A stretch of DNA of 64,000 nt, taken from contig CAXXWX010000001.1 in the NCBI GenBank assembly GCA_963675745.2, positions 32,001-96,000 on the forward strand, in the 5' to 3' direction. The translations under genes were made by a program, and so were the position numbers. Positions 30,746-38,986 of this stretch are shown piece by piece; position 1 is the stretch's first letter, and every line of letters starts with the position of its first letter. Under the pieces are notes generated by a model. It saw nothing but the letters and a program-made list of their open reading frames with translations. It ran no database searches and had not been told where the DNA came from. This stretch comes from Phycisphaerae bacterium. GTDB lineage: Bacteria; Planctomycetota; Phycisphaerae; UBA1845; Fen-1342.

Positions 30746-33700
30746 GTGAAATACAAACGACTTACGGTCACTTTGCTCCCGGTTCTCGCGCTCGCGCTTC
30801 ACGTTGGCTGTAGTCAGCGCAACACGACGCCGGACGCGATTGAGCAATCAGACGTCCAGCATCACGAGACACGCGTAAATACGTTCGTTTACAACCGGCA
30901 AACCGAACCGACGCTTGATGTCGATGCGGACGGCAACGTCCTGGTCGTCTGGGGCAGCCGCCGACAGGAGCACGGGACCTTCGGCGTCTTTGCCCAGCGC
31001 TTCGACCCGCTCGGCCGCCCCCTGGGCAGCGAAATGCACGTCAATCAGACTGTGCGCGGAATGCAGGCCGACCCGGCGGTCGCATGTGAGCCCGACGGCA
31101 GCGCGTGGATCGCGTGGCGATCGGATCAGCAGGACGGCCAAGCCGGTAACATCGTGGCGCGGCGGTTCGGCATTGATGCCGACGGCGCGTTTGCACCGCT
31201 GACCGACGAAATCCCGGTCAACCAGACCCTCCGCGGCCACCAATCCGCGCCGAGTGTCACGGTGAACAACCGCGGCGACGCGCTCGTCGCCTGGGTTTCG
31301 GACCACGAGCAGCGCCCCGTGATAATGGCCCGCCGGCTCGATTCAGACGGCAATCCCGCCGGCGACGAGTTCCGCGTCGGCGAGGCGAGTGTCGGGAACG
31401 AATCGTGTGCGGCGGTGGTGGCTCTTGGAAACGGCGATTTTGTCGCGACCTGGGCGCGCACTGACGCCGACAATCGGCCCGCCTCAATCCATGCACGTCG
31501 CATCGCGGCCGGTGGCGAAGCGATCGGCCACGAATTCGCCGTCAATGATGGCGACGATGGCAACCATATCGAACCATCGATCGATGCCGCTGACGATGGG
31601 AGCTTCGTCGTCGCGTGGATGAGCTGGCAAGGTGAAAACTACGCGGTCAGCTATCGGCGTTTTGACAACAAGGGAAGACCAGCCGGGCCGGCGCGCGTGG
31701 CCGCCTGCGGACCGGAGTGGCGCAGTGGGGCCACGGTTGCCGTAGCCGGCGATGGCCGATTTGCGGTTGCTTACAACGTTGAGTCACCAACGACACCCGC
31801 CGACGCGACGGCGTTGCAGCGTCCAGCGCATCGCACGACTCCGTCCGAGATCATGGCCAGGCGGTTTGCCGCCGACGGAACGCCGCTCGGCGAGGAATTC
31901 CGCGTCAACCGCGTGACCGAAGGCCGGCAGGCCCTGATGATCGCGGCCTCCGGCCGGCAGGCTGTCTGGAGTGATCAGGATCAGCTCGCGGTGGTCTGGG
32001 CTGGTGATACCGGCGCGGACGATCATCGGGGCGTGGGACTATCGCTGTTTGCGCCGAGCACGCTTACCGCACCGACACCGGCAATGACGCCGCGCGTGGC
32101 GGCGGCACAGGATGTTAGCGTAAGCGACGTATACCCGTTGATTCCACCGGTGTACGACCCTCTGTTCGTGCGTGGTCCCGTTGAACCAAGTCCGCCGTCG
32201 CGTGGCCCGGACTTCGGCTTCCTGGGAATAGCGGCCACCGGCTGGAATCCGCCTGATCCGGATCTGGCCGCCGGGCCCGATCACGTAGTGCTGGTCGTCA
32301 ACGGCGAACTGCACGTCTATACGCACGACGGCACCAGCACATTCAGTCAGGTCATCGCCGGCGCCGGCGGTTTCTGGGGCGCGCAGGGCGCGGGCTCTTT
32401 TGTTTTCGATCCAATCGCCGTCTATGACCCGCACGCGCAGCGTTTTATCGTGGCCGCCGGCGAACTCTGGAACGACTATGCCAACAGCGCCATCTGTCTG
32501 GCTGTTTCGCAGACCTCCGATCCGGGTGACGGTTGGCACAAGTACCGCTGGGAAGTCACCAGCGAAGGCGGCTTCCTCGACTTTCCAAACCTGGGCGTGG
32601 GGCCGGATGCGATTTACGTCGCCAACGACTTCTTCAACACGCCGACGGGGAACTTCATCTGGGTGATTCCCAAGGCCGAGACGCTCGTCGGAGACCCCGT
32701 GACACCGACGCCCGTGCGGACTTCAACCGGGGCGCGATCGCTCGGCGCGGTGAAAACCTACGATCCAAACGCGCCGGCGCAGTACTTCCTTACCGCGTAC
32801 AGCGGCTACAGCAATCGCCTGGCCATGGAGGCCATCACCGATCCGTTGGGCACACCGACGCTGCACAGCTACAGCCTGGTGGTTCCGTCCTTTGCCCAGC
32901 CTCCAGACGCGGCCCAGCTCGGCACGTCGAACCTCGCCGACACGATCGACTTCCGCATCAAGAACGGCGTGTACCGCAACGGCTCATTGTGGGCGGTCCA
33001 TACCATCGGTGAGGATAACACGGCGCGCGTGCGCTGGTATGAGATCGTAATGAACGGCTGGCCGCTGAGTGGGCAGAGTCCGGTGGTCGTGCAGGGCGGC
33101 ACGCTCGATTACGGCACCGGCGAGCACACCTGGATGCCCGACATTCACGTTGATGATTTCGGCGACGCCCTGATCTGCTTCAGCCGCTCGTCCTCCAGTC
33201 AATACATCTCCGTGGAACGTGTCATACGCCTGGCCGGCGATCCGATCAGCACCCTGCGCGATCCCGTGCTGATGCAGGAGAGCACCGCACCGGAGACCGG
33301 TGACCGCTGGGGCGACTATTCCGGCGTGGATGAAGATGCCGACGACCCGGGCGTGTTCTGGACGCACAACGAGTATCGCGCGTCGTCCTGGCGAACCTGG
33401 GTCGGCCGGGTTGACGTCGGCGTTGATCCCAATGACTGCAACAACAACGGCGTCCCGGACAGCGTGGACATATCCACCGGCACCAGCCAGGACTGCAATG
33501 GCAACGGCGTGCCCGATGAGTGCGACCTCGACGACGGCACCAGCGGCGACTGCGACGGGAATGGTGTGCCGGATGAGTGTGACCCGGACTGCAATGCAAA
33601 CGCCGTCGTTGACGCGTGTGAGATCGCCGCGGCCGGCGGCCTGGCCGGCGCATACTATGACACGATCGATTTTTCCGGGACACCGATCGGCCGCGTTGAC

Positions 33701-34357
33701 GGCACCGTCAATTTCTTCTGGGGAACCAGCGGCCCGATGAGCGGCTTTGACAGCGACACGTTCAGCATTCGCTGGAGCGGTCATGTGTTGACGCCGGCCA
33801 TCGACGGCACGTATACGTTCTTCACGAACACTGACGACGGGGTCCGCCTGTGGGTTGATGACGTGCTCATCATTGACAAGTGGGTTGATCAGGGATCGAC
33901 CGAGTGGTCCGGCACGATCGAGCTCACCGGCGACGCCGCGTACGCGATTGTGATGGAATACTACGAGAACGGCGGGGATGCGCGCGCCGAGCTGCGCTGG
34001 CAACCGCCCGGTGACGCCAAGGTCATCATCCCCGAGACCAGCCTTGCGCCCGCGTTGGACTGCAACGAGAACAGCATCCCCGACGAGTGCGATATCGCCG
34101 GCGGTACCAGCACCGACAATGATGGCAACGGCATACCCGACGAGTGCGAAACGGTCGAATACGCGCTCGGCGATATGAACTGCGACGGCGCCATCAACAA
34201 CGGTGACATTGACCCATTCGTACTCGCGATCACCCAGCCAGGGCAATACCCGGTCGATTACCCGGATTGCGACATCAACAACGCCGACTGTAACCAGGAC
34301 AGCTTTGTGAATAACGGCGACATCGACGCATTTCTGGCGCTGCTGACCGGCGGTTGA
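30746..34357 (+). CDS. Large putative lipoprotein with beta-repeat domains, PA14 domain and dockerin-like tail
   Basis: Signal ending HVGC; repeated E(F/M/I)xVN..Q..P units; PPDPDLAAGP and RWGDYS motifs; PA14 motifs FSIRWSG, TDDGVRLWVD and MEYYENGG; dockerin-like tail. Confidence 0.85.
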   Translation: MKYKRLTVTLLPVLALALHVGCSQRNTTPDAIEQSDVQHHETRVNTFVYNRQTEPTLDVDADGNVLVVWGSRRQEHGTFGVFAQRFDPLGRPLGSEMHVNQTVRGMQADPAVACEPDGSAWIAWRSDQQDGQAGNIVARRFGIDADGAFAPLTDEIPVNQTLRGHQSAPSVTVNNRGDALVAWVSDHEQRPVIMARRLDSDGNPAGDEFRVGEASVGNESCAAVVALGNGDFVATWARTDADNRPASIHARRIAAGGEAIGHEFAVNDGDDGNHIEPSIDAADDGSFVVAWMSWQGENYAVSYRRFDNKGRPAGPARVAACGPEWRSGATVAVAGDGRFAVAYNVESPTTPADATALQRPAHRTTPSEIMARRFAADGTPLGEEFRVNRVTEGRQALMIAASGRQAVWSDQDQLAVVWAGDTGADDHRGVGLSLFAPSTLTAPTPAMTPRVAAAQDVSVSDVYPLIPPVYDPLFVRGPVEPSPPSRGPDFGFLGIAATGWNPPDPDLAAGPDHVVLVVNGELHVYTHDGTSTFSQVIAGAGGFWGAQGAGSFVFDPIAVYDPHAQRFIVAAGELWNDYANSAICLAVSQTSDPGDGWHKYRWEVTSEGGFLDFPNLGVGPDAIYVANDFFNTPTGNFIWVIPKAETLVGDPVTPTPVRTSTGARSLGAVKTYDPNAPAQYFLTAYSGYSNRLAMEAITDPLGTPTLHSYSLVVPSFAQPPDAAQLGTSNLADTIDFRIKNGVYRNGSLWAVHTIGEDNTARVRWYEIVMNGWPLSGQSPVVVQGGTLDYGTGEHTWMPDIHVDDFGDALICFSRSSSSQYISVERVIRLAGDPISTLRDPVLMQESTAPETGDRWGDYSGVDEDADDPGVFWTHNEYRASSWRTWVGRVDVGVDPNDCNNNGVPDSVDISTGTSQDCNGNGVPDECDLDDGTSGDCDGNGVPDECDPDCNANAVVDACEIAAAGGLAGAYYDTIDFSGTPIGRVDGTVNFFWGTSGPMSGFDSDTFSIRWSGHVLTPAIDGTYTFFTNTDDGVRLWVDDVLIIDKWVDQGSTEWSGTIELTGDAAYAIVMEYYENGGDARAELRWQPPGDAKVIIPETSLAPALDCNENSIPDECDIAGGTSTDNDGNGIPDECETVEYALGDMNCDGAINNGDIDPFVLAITQPGQYPVDYPDCDINNADCNQDSFVNNGDIDAFLALLTGG

Positions 34358-34566
34358 TATGACGCCAACAGCCACCTGAACACCACGCAAGCGCGCCCGG
34401 CAAACTGCTCTTTAAGAGAGCTTGCCGGGCGCGCCGGCGTGGGATGACCGCATCCTGTCGGCCGTCCCCCCATCAACCCAGCATGTTCGTGATCTTCGCA
34501 TGCGCTGATCGCCGGTTAGGCGCCCAACATGCGCTGTATGATCAGGTGTGTTGAATAAGGGAGCAG

Positions 34567-36108
34567 ATGATGACGCTCAGTCGCAAGCTGATCCTGAGGA
34601 CCGTGGCCCTGGTGCTCGGTTTGGGCCTCCTCGGAACAACATCGCTCTGGGGGTTGCTGGGCTTGCGCGCCAACGTTGACCAGGCGCGCGAGGAGTATCG
34701 CGAACTTCGTCTCATCCAGGGGGTGGACCGACGTGCCGCGGCGGCTCGCGGATTGCTCGCCGCTGAAACGCCGCAGCGGCAAGACGTCGTCGCTGAACTT
34801 CGGACGGCCCTGCTCCCGCTTGAGGAATTTATGGCGTTCCAGCAGACGCAGGGCGACCGAATCCCGGCACATCAGCTACGCGAGAATGACGCCGCTGACG
34901 CGGCCCGCCGACGACTGGTCGACGTACTCGCGGAGATTCAGGCCGAGTCGGTCGGCGAGATGATCGACGCCCAAACCGCCGCACGGGCCGCGCGCGTCCT
35001 TGGCGATGTTGCCAATGACCTGGCGGGTCTGGCTGACGCGATGGATTACACAATCGCCGCGGCGCAGCAGGACGCCACGACGAAACTGCGCACAGCCACC
35101 ATTCTGATGATCTCCGTCACGGCTGGTATCGTGGTGGCGGCGGCGGCCATCGCGTTCGCGCAGTATCGCAGCATCATGCGCCCGCTCCGGACTCTGCGCC
35201 ACGGCGTGCGGCGGATTGCACGGGGGAGTTTCGACGAACGCCTGGAGGTCTTTGCCGATCTGGAATTCAGGGAGCTGGCCGACGACTTTAACCGGATGGC
35301 GGTGCGACTGGACGAGCTTTACCGCGATCTCGATGAGAAGGTCCGCAGCAAGAGCAAGGAGCTGGTGCGCTCCGAGCGTCTGGCGAGCGTCGGCTTCCTC
35401 GCCGCGGGCGTGGCACACGAGATAAACAACCCACTGAACATCATCTCCGGCCACGCCGAACTGTCGCTGAAGCACTTGCGGCAGACCGGCACCACCGATG
35501 AACAAAGTCGCGACTCGGCCGACAGTCTCGAGGTCATCCGGGAGGAGGCCTTCAGGTGTAAGGAAATAGTCCAGAAGCTGCTGTCGCTGGCACAGGCCGG
35601 TCCGGACAGGCGTGAGAGCGTCTCGCTGGCGCGTGTGGTTGACGAAGTAGTCTCAATGGTGCGGGGGCTCAGCCAATACCGCGATCGGCGAGTCCATGTT
35701 GATTGGGACAAAACCGCCAATCCGGCCGTTGTGGCCAACGAGGCGGAGTTGAAGCAGGTGCTGCTGAACTTGACGATCAACGCGCTCGAGGCCGTGGAAC
35801 CCGGACGGGGCGAGATCAACATCCAGGGACGCAACGACGACGGCTGGGTCGCGCTGTCCGTTCGTGACAACGGACGCGGCATGACGCCCGATGTCCTTGA
35901 AAACGTATTCGAGCCGTTCTTCACCACACGGCGTGGCGCCGAGCGGCACGGCGTCGGATTGGGGCTATCGATCTCGCATGCGATCATCGAAGCGCATGGC
36001 GGACGGATCACGGCAGCGAGCACCGGCCCCGGCGGCGGAAGCGAGTTCACACTGTTCCTTCCAAGCGCCGGTGCCGACCGCGGTCCAAGTGAGCCAGGGA
36101 ATGCCTAG
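34567..36108 (+). CDS. Two-component sensor histidine kinase (2 TM, HAMP, HisKA, HATPase)
   Basis: GVAHEINNPL H-box, LLNLTINA N-box, DNGRGM, FEPFFTT and GVGLGLSI. Confidence 0.95.
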   Translation: MMTLSRKLILRTVALVLGLGLLGTTSLWGLLGLRANVDQAREEYRELRLIQGVDRRAAAARGLLAAETPQRQDVVAELRTALLPLEEFMAFQQTQGDRIPAHQLRENDAADAARRRLVDVLAEIQAESVGEMIDAQTAARAARVLGDVANDLAGLADAMDYTIAAAQQDATTKLRTATILMISVTAGIVVAAAAIAFAQYRSIMRPLRTLRHGVRRIARGSFDERLEVFADLEFRELADDFNRMAVRLDELYRDLDEKVRSKSKELVRSERLASVGFLAAGVAHEINNPLNIISGHAELSLKHLRQTGTTDEQSRDSADSLEVIREEAFRCKEIVQKLLSLAQAGPDRRESVSLARVVDEVVSMVRGLSQYRDRRVHVDWDKTANPAVVANEAELKQVLLNLTINALEAVEPGRGEINIQGRNDDGWVALSVRDNGRGMTPDVLENVFEPFFTTRRGAERHGVGLGLSISHAIIEAHGGRITAASTGPGGGSEFTLFLPSAGADRGPSEPGNA

Positions 36109-36697
36109 AGCAAACCGGCACATGCATGTTCTCGTCGTCGAAGATGAACCACGCCTGCGCGATGTTCTCACACGCGCAATACCTGACATGGGCTTCAGTG
36201 TGTGTGGCGTGGGGCGTGCCTGCGAAGCGTTGGACACGCTGGACGAACAAAGGGTCGACATTGCGATTCTCGATCTCAATCTTCCTGACATGGACGGCCT
36301 GGAGCTCTTCCAGCTTATTCACGAGCGGTGGCCACAGACGCAGGTCGTGATCCTGACCGGCCACGGCAATCTCGACGCCGCCAGAAAAGCGATCAGGTTG
36401 GATGTGGTGGACTTCTTGTCCAAGCCGGCGTCGCTCGGCGAGCTTGAAGTTGCTCTCGACCGTGCCCGCCGTCGCAGACCGGACACCGCCCCGCCGGTGC
36501 TCGCGGAGGAGGCTCCCGCGGAGCAGCCACCTGCCGCCGCCGCGCGCACCATGCAGGACGTCGAGCGCGAGCATATCCTCGAAGTCCTGGCTCGCAACTC
36601 CGGCAACCGGGCCGCCACGGCTGCCGAGCTCGGCATCAGCGTTCGCACGCTGTACTACCGACTGTCCGAGTACCAGAGATCAGGCCACCTGCGCTAG
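36101..36697 (+). CDS. Response regulator: REC + Fis-type HTH, no AAA+ domain
   Basis: VLVVEDE, ILDLNLPDMDG, LTGHG and FLSKP motifs; C-terminal GNRAATAAELGISVRTLYYRL; start overlaps the kinase end. Confidence 0.92.
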   Translation: MPRANRHMHVLVVEDEPRLRDVLTRAIPDMGFSVCGVGRACEALDTLDEQRVDIAILDLNLPDMDGLELFQLIHERWPQTQVVILTGHGNLDAARKAIRLDVVDFLSKPASLGELEVALDRARRRRPDTAPPVLAEEAPAEQPPAAAARTMQDVEREHILEVLARNSGNRAATAAELGISVRTLYYRLSEYQRSGHLR

Positions 36698-36782
36698 TCG
36701 ATACTCGCGCGCGGCCGCGGATACGCGTCGCCACCCACCGCCGCGACGCAAGCGCCAGCACCGGCGGAACCACGGGCGAGCC

Positions 36783-36795
36783 TGCAAATCCTGCA
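36783..36795. promoter_or_regulatory. Candidate operator TGCA-N5-TGCA
   Basis: TGCAAATCCTGCA dyad between the regulator and the multiheme cytochrome gene; resembles Fis-HTH regulator sites. Confidence 0.3.
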
Positions 36796-36915
36796 CGTTT
36801 TGTGAAATCGGCGGGCGCTCTACCTACGATACAGGTGAAATCGGAACACGCACCGCAAGTCAACTGCCGGGCGCGCCGCCAAGCTTGCCCGGGAGGGTCG
36901 CGAGGAGAGGCACTC

Positions 36916-38754
36916 ATGAGGCCGATGATACTGCTGGCGTTTGCATCCGTGACCATCTGGACCGCCACCCTGCCGCAGGGCGCATTGTCCGGCTCCGCTC
37001 TTGATGACTCGCCGCACCAGTCGGTTGCGCGGCTGCCGTCAGTACGGGCGGCGCTGGCTCACGCGACGATCGACGAATATCTGGGGCCCGAGACATGTGT
37101 CGCGTGCCACCAGGCCGAAGCGGAAGATGTCTTCCATTCGGTGCACTACCAGCAGAGCGGCCCGACGCCCAATGTGCCCAACATTGCGGGAACCGCGGGC
37201 AAGACCGATCGCGGCTTCAACACGTACTGTGGCACGCCGGTCACCTCCAGCAGAGCGACATGTGCATCATGCCACGTCAGCTATGGCAGATACACGTCAG
37301 CGACGCTCTCCCTCGAACAACTCCACAACATCGACTGCCTGATGTGCCATCAGGACGAGTACAAACGCGTGCCGGCCGGCCCATTTGAGACGGTCGCGGT
37401 CATCGGAAGCGATGGCCAGCCAAGCACCATTCAGGTGCCGGTCGAGGATGAGACCGGCTTTCAGTACATGCCGGACGAAGCCAACATGAGCATTTCGATC
37501 CTGGAGGCGGCGCGAACGGTCCACCCGACCACGCGCGCATCCTGCCTGAGATGCCATGCCGGCGCTTCGGGCAGCGATGGCGGCAAGCGCGGCGATCTCT
37601 CATTCGTTACGGTGGCTCCGCCGGTCTCATCGGACATCCACATGAGCCCGCAAGGGGCGGATCTGACCTGCCAGAACTGTCACCAGTTCCAGGAGCATCG
37701 CGCGCGCGGGCGCGGACTCGACTTGCGGCCAAACGATCGCGCCGAACGGTTTACGTGCGCGTCTTGTCACACCGATCAGCCGCACGGCGATTACGATCCG
37801 CAAGACGGCGCAAGACGCGATACGCACGCGATGCGCGTGGCCTGCCAGTCCTGCCACATTCCCAGCTTCGCGAAGGATGTGAGCACGGAAATGGCCCGCG
37901 ACTGGACAAGCCCGTTCTATTCACCGGCGGCGTGCAGCGGCCAAGGCGGATGGAAGCCAGAGGAAACGCGCCAAAGCGACGTAACGCCAACCTACCGATG
38001 GTTCGACGGGACCAGCGAGGTGTACGTTCTCGGCCAGGTACCCGTGCAGAACGACGCCGGGGAGTATGCCCTGGGCGTGCCGCTCGGCGGTGTGGAAACG
38101 GCCGGCGCGAAGCTCTACCCGATGAAGGAGCACCGGTCCGTATCCGCGCGTCTGGTCTCGCTCGCCGCCGACTTCGACAATGACGGAGGCGTCGGTTTTG
38201 GCGACTACGCGTCACTGGAGGCGTGCATGACCGGCCCGGATCAATTGCTCACCGGAGGTTGCGAACCGTCGGATCTGGACCTCACCGGCGATGTCGATCT
38301 GGCGGACTTTGCCGCGTTTCAACGCTGCTTCGCGGATGGCTGCGGCACGCTGGGCGAGTTGATTCCACATTCCACGTTCGCGTTCTTCACGACCGGGGAT
38401 TTCAACCACGCCGTCGAGGTGGGCATGCAGAACTCTGGAATGCTCGGACAATGGGAGTTGGTTGACGTACACACCTTCCAGACTGTCAATCACGGCGTCG
38501 AGAACGAGGAACAGGCCTTGGATTGCGGCTCATGCCACGCGAGCCTGGGCGGCGGCCCGGTCAGGATGGACCTTCAGGGAGAGCTGGGATACGAGCTGAA
38601 GGGCCCGGCTTCTCAAATCTGCTTCCAGTGCCATGGCGCCGAGGAACAGAAACCATTCAAGACCGTGCACGATATCCACGTAAAGGACAAGCGCTACGAT
38701 TGCTCCTGGTGTCACACGTTCTCGCGACCGGATCGCGGCTTAACGCCTCCGTAG
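36916..38754 (+). CDS. Decaheme c-type cytochrome, octaheme tetrathionate reductase (OTR)-like, with internal dockerin-like insertion
   Basis: 10 CxxCH motifs (CVACH, CASCH, CLMCH, CLRCH, CQNCH, CASCH, CQSCH, CGSCH, CFQCH, CSWCH). OTR-like landmarks NTYC, IDCLMCH, KRGDL, DIHM, VACQSCHIP, PTYRWFDG and NHGV...ALDC. Signal peptide; RBS. Confidence 0.82.
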   Translation: MRPMILLAFASVTIWTATLPQGALSGSALDDSPHQSVARLPSVRAALAHATIDEYLGPETCVACHQAEAEDVFHSVHYQQSGPTPNVPNIAGTAGKTDRGFNTYCGTPVTSSRATCASCHVSYGRYTSATLSLEQLHNIDCLMCHQDEYKRVPAGPFETVAVIGSDGQPSTIQVPVEDETGFQYMPDEANMSISILEAARTVHPTTRASCLRCHAGASGSDGGKRGDLSFVTVAPPVSSDIHMSPQGADLTCQNCHQFQEHRARGRGLDLRPNDRAERFTCASCHTDQPHGDYDPQDGARRDTHAMRVACQSCHIPSFAKDVSTEMARDWTSPFYSPAACSGQGGWKPEETRQSDVTPTYRWFDGTSEVYVLGQVPVQNDAGEYALGVPLGGVETAGAKLYPMKEHRSVSARLVSLAADFDNDGGVGFGDYASLEACMTGPDQLLTGGCEPSDLDLTGDVDLADFAAFQRCFADGCGTLGELIPHSTFAFFTTGDFNHAVEVGMQNSGMLGQWELVDVHTFQTVNHGVENEEQALDCGSCHASLGGGPVRMDLQGELGYELKGPASQICFQCHGAEEQKPFKTVHDIHVKDKRYDCSWCHTFSRPDRGLTPP

Positions 38755-38986
38755 GCACTCGGCGACTGATTCGCCGGCGCGGCGGAACTCGGGCGTGTGA
38801 GACCATGGGGTCTCATTGACTGGACGTGCTGTCCGGAACGGAAAGAAGCAGCGCATCCGCCGACCCGCCGCACGTGCCCGGTCTCTGTGGCGACCGACGC
38901 CCCGGTCGGACGTGGCCGCCATGATCGGGTCCATGGCGACAACGTCCGACGCGGGAATCGGGCGCCAGTCAAATGCGGGGAATAGG

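Noticed and set aside
36841..36858. Sigma54 promoter (GG-N10-GC) before the decaheme gene
   Set aside because: Poor match to TGGCAC-N5-TTGC, and the adjacent regulator lacks the AAA+ activator domain.
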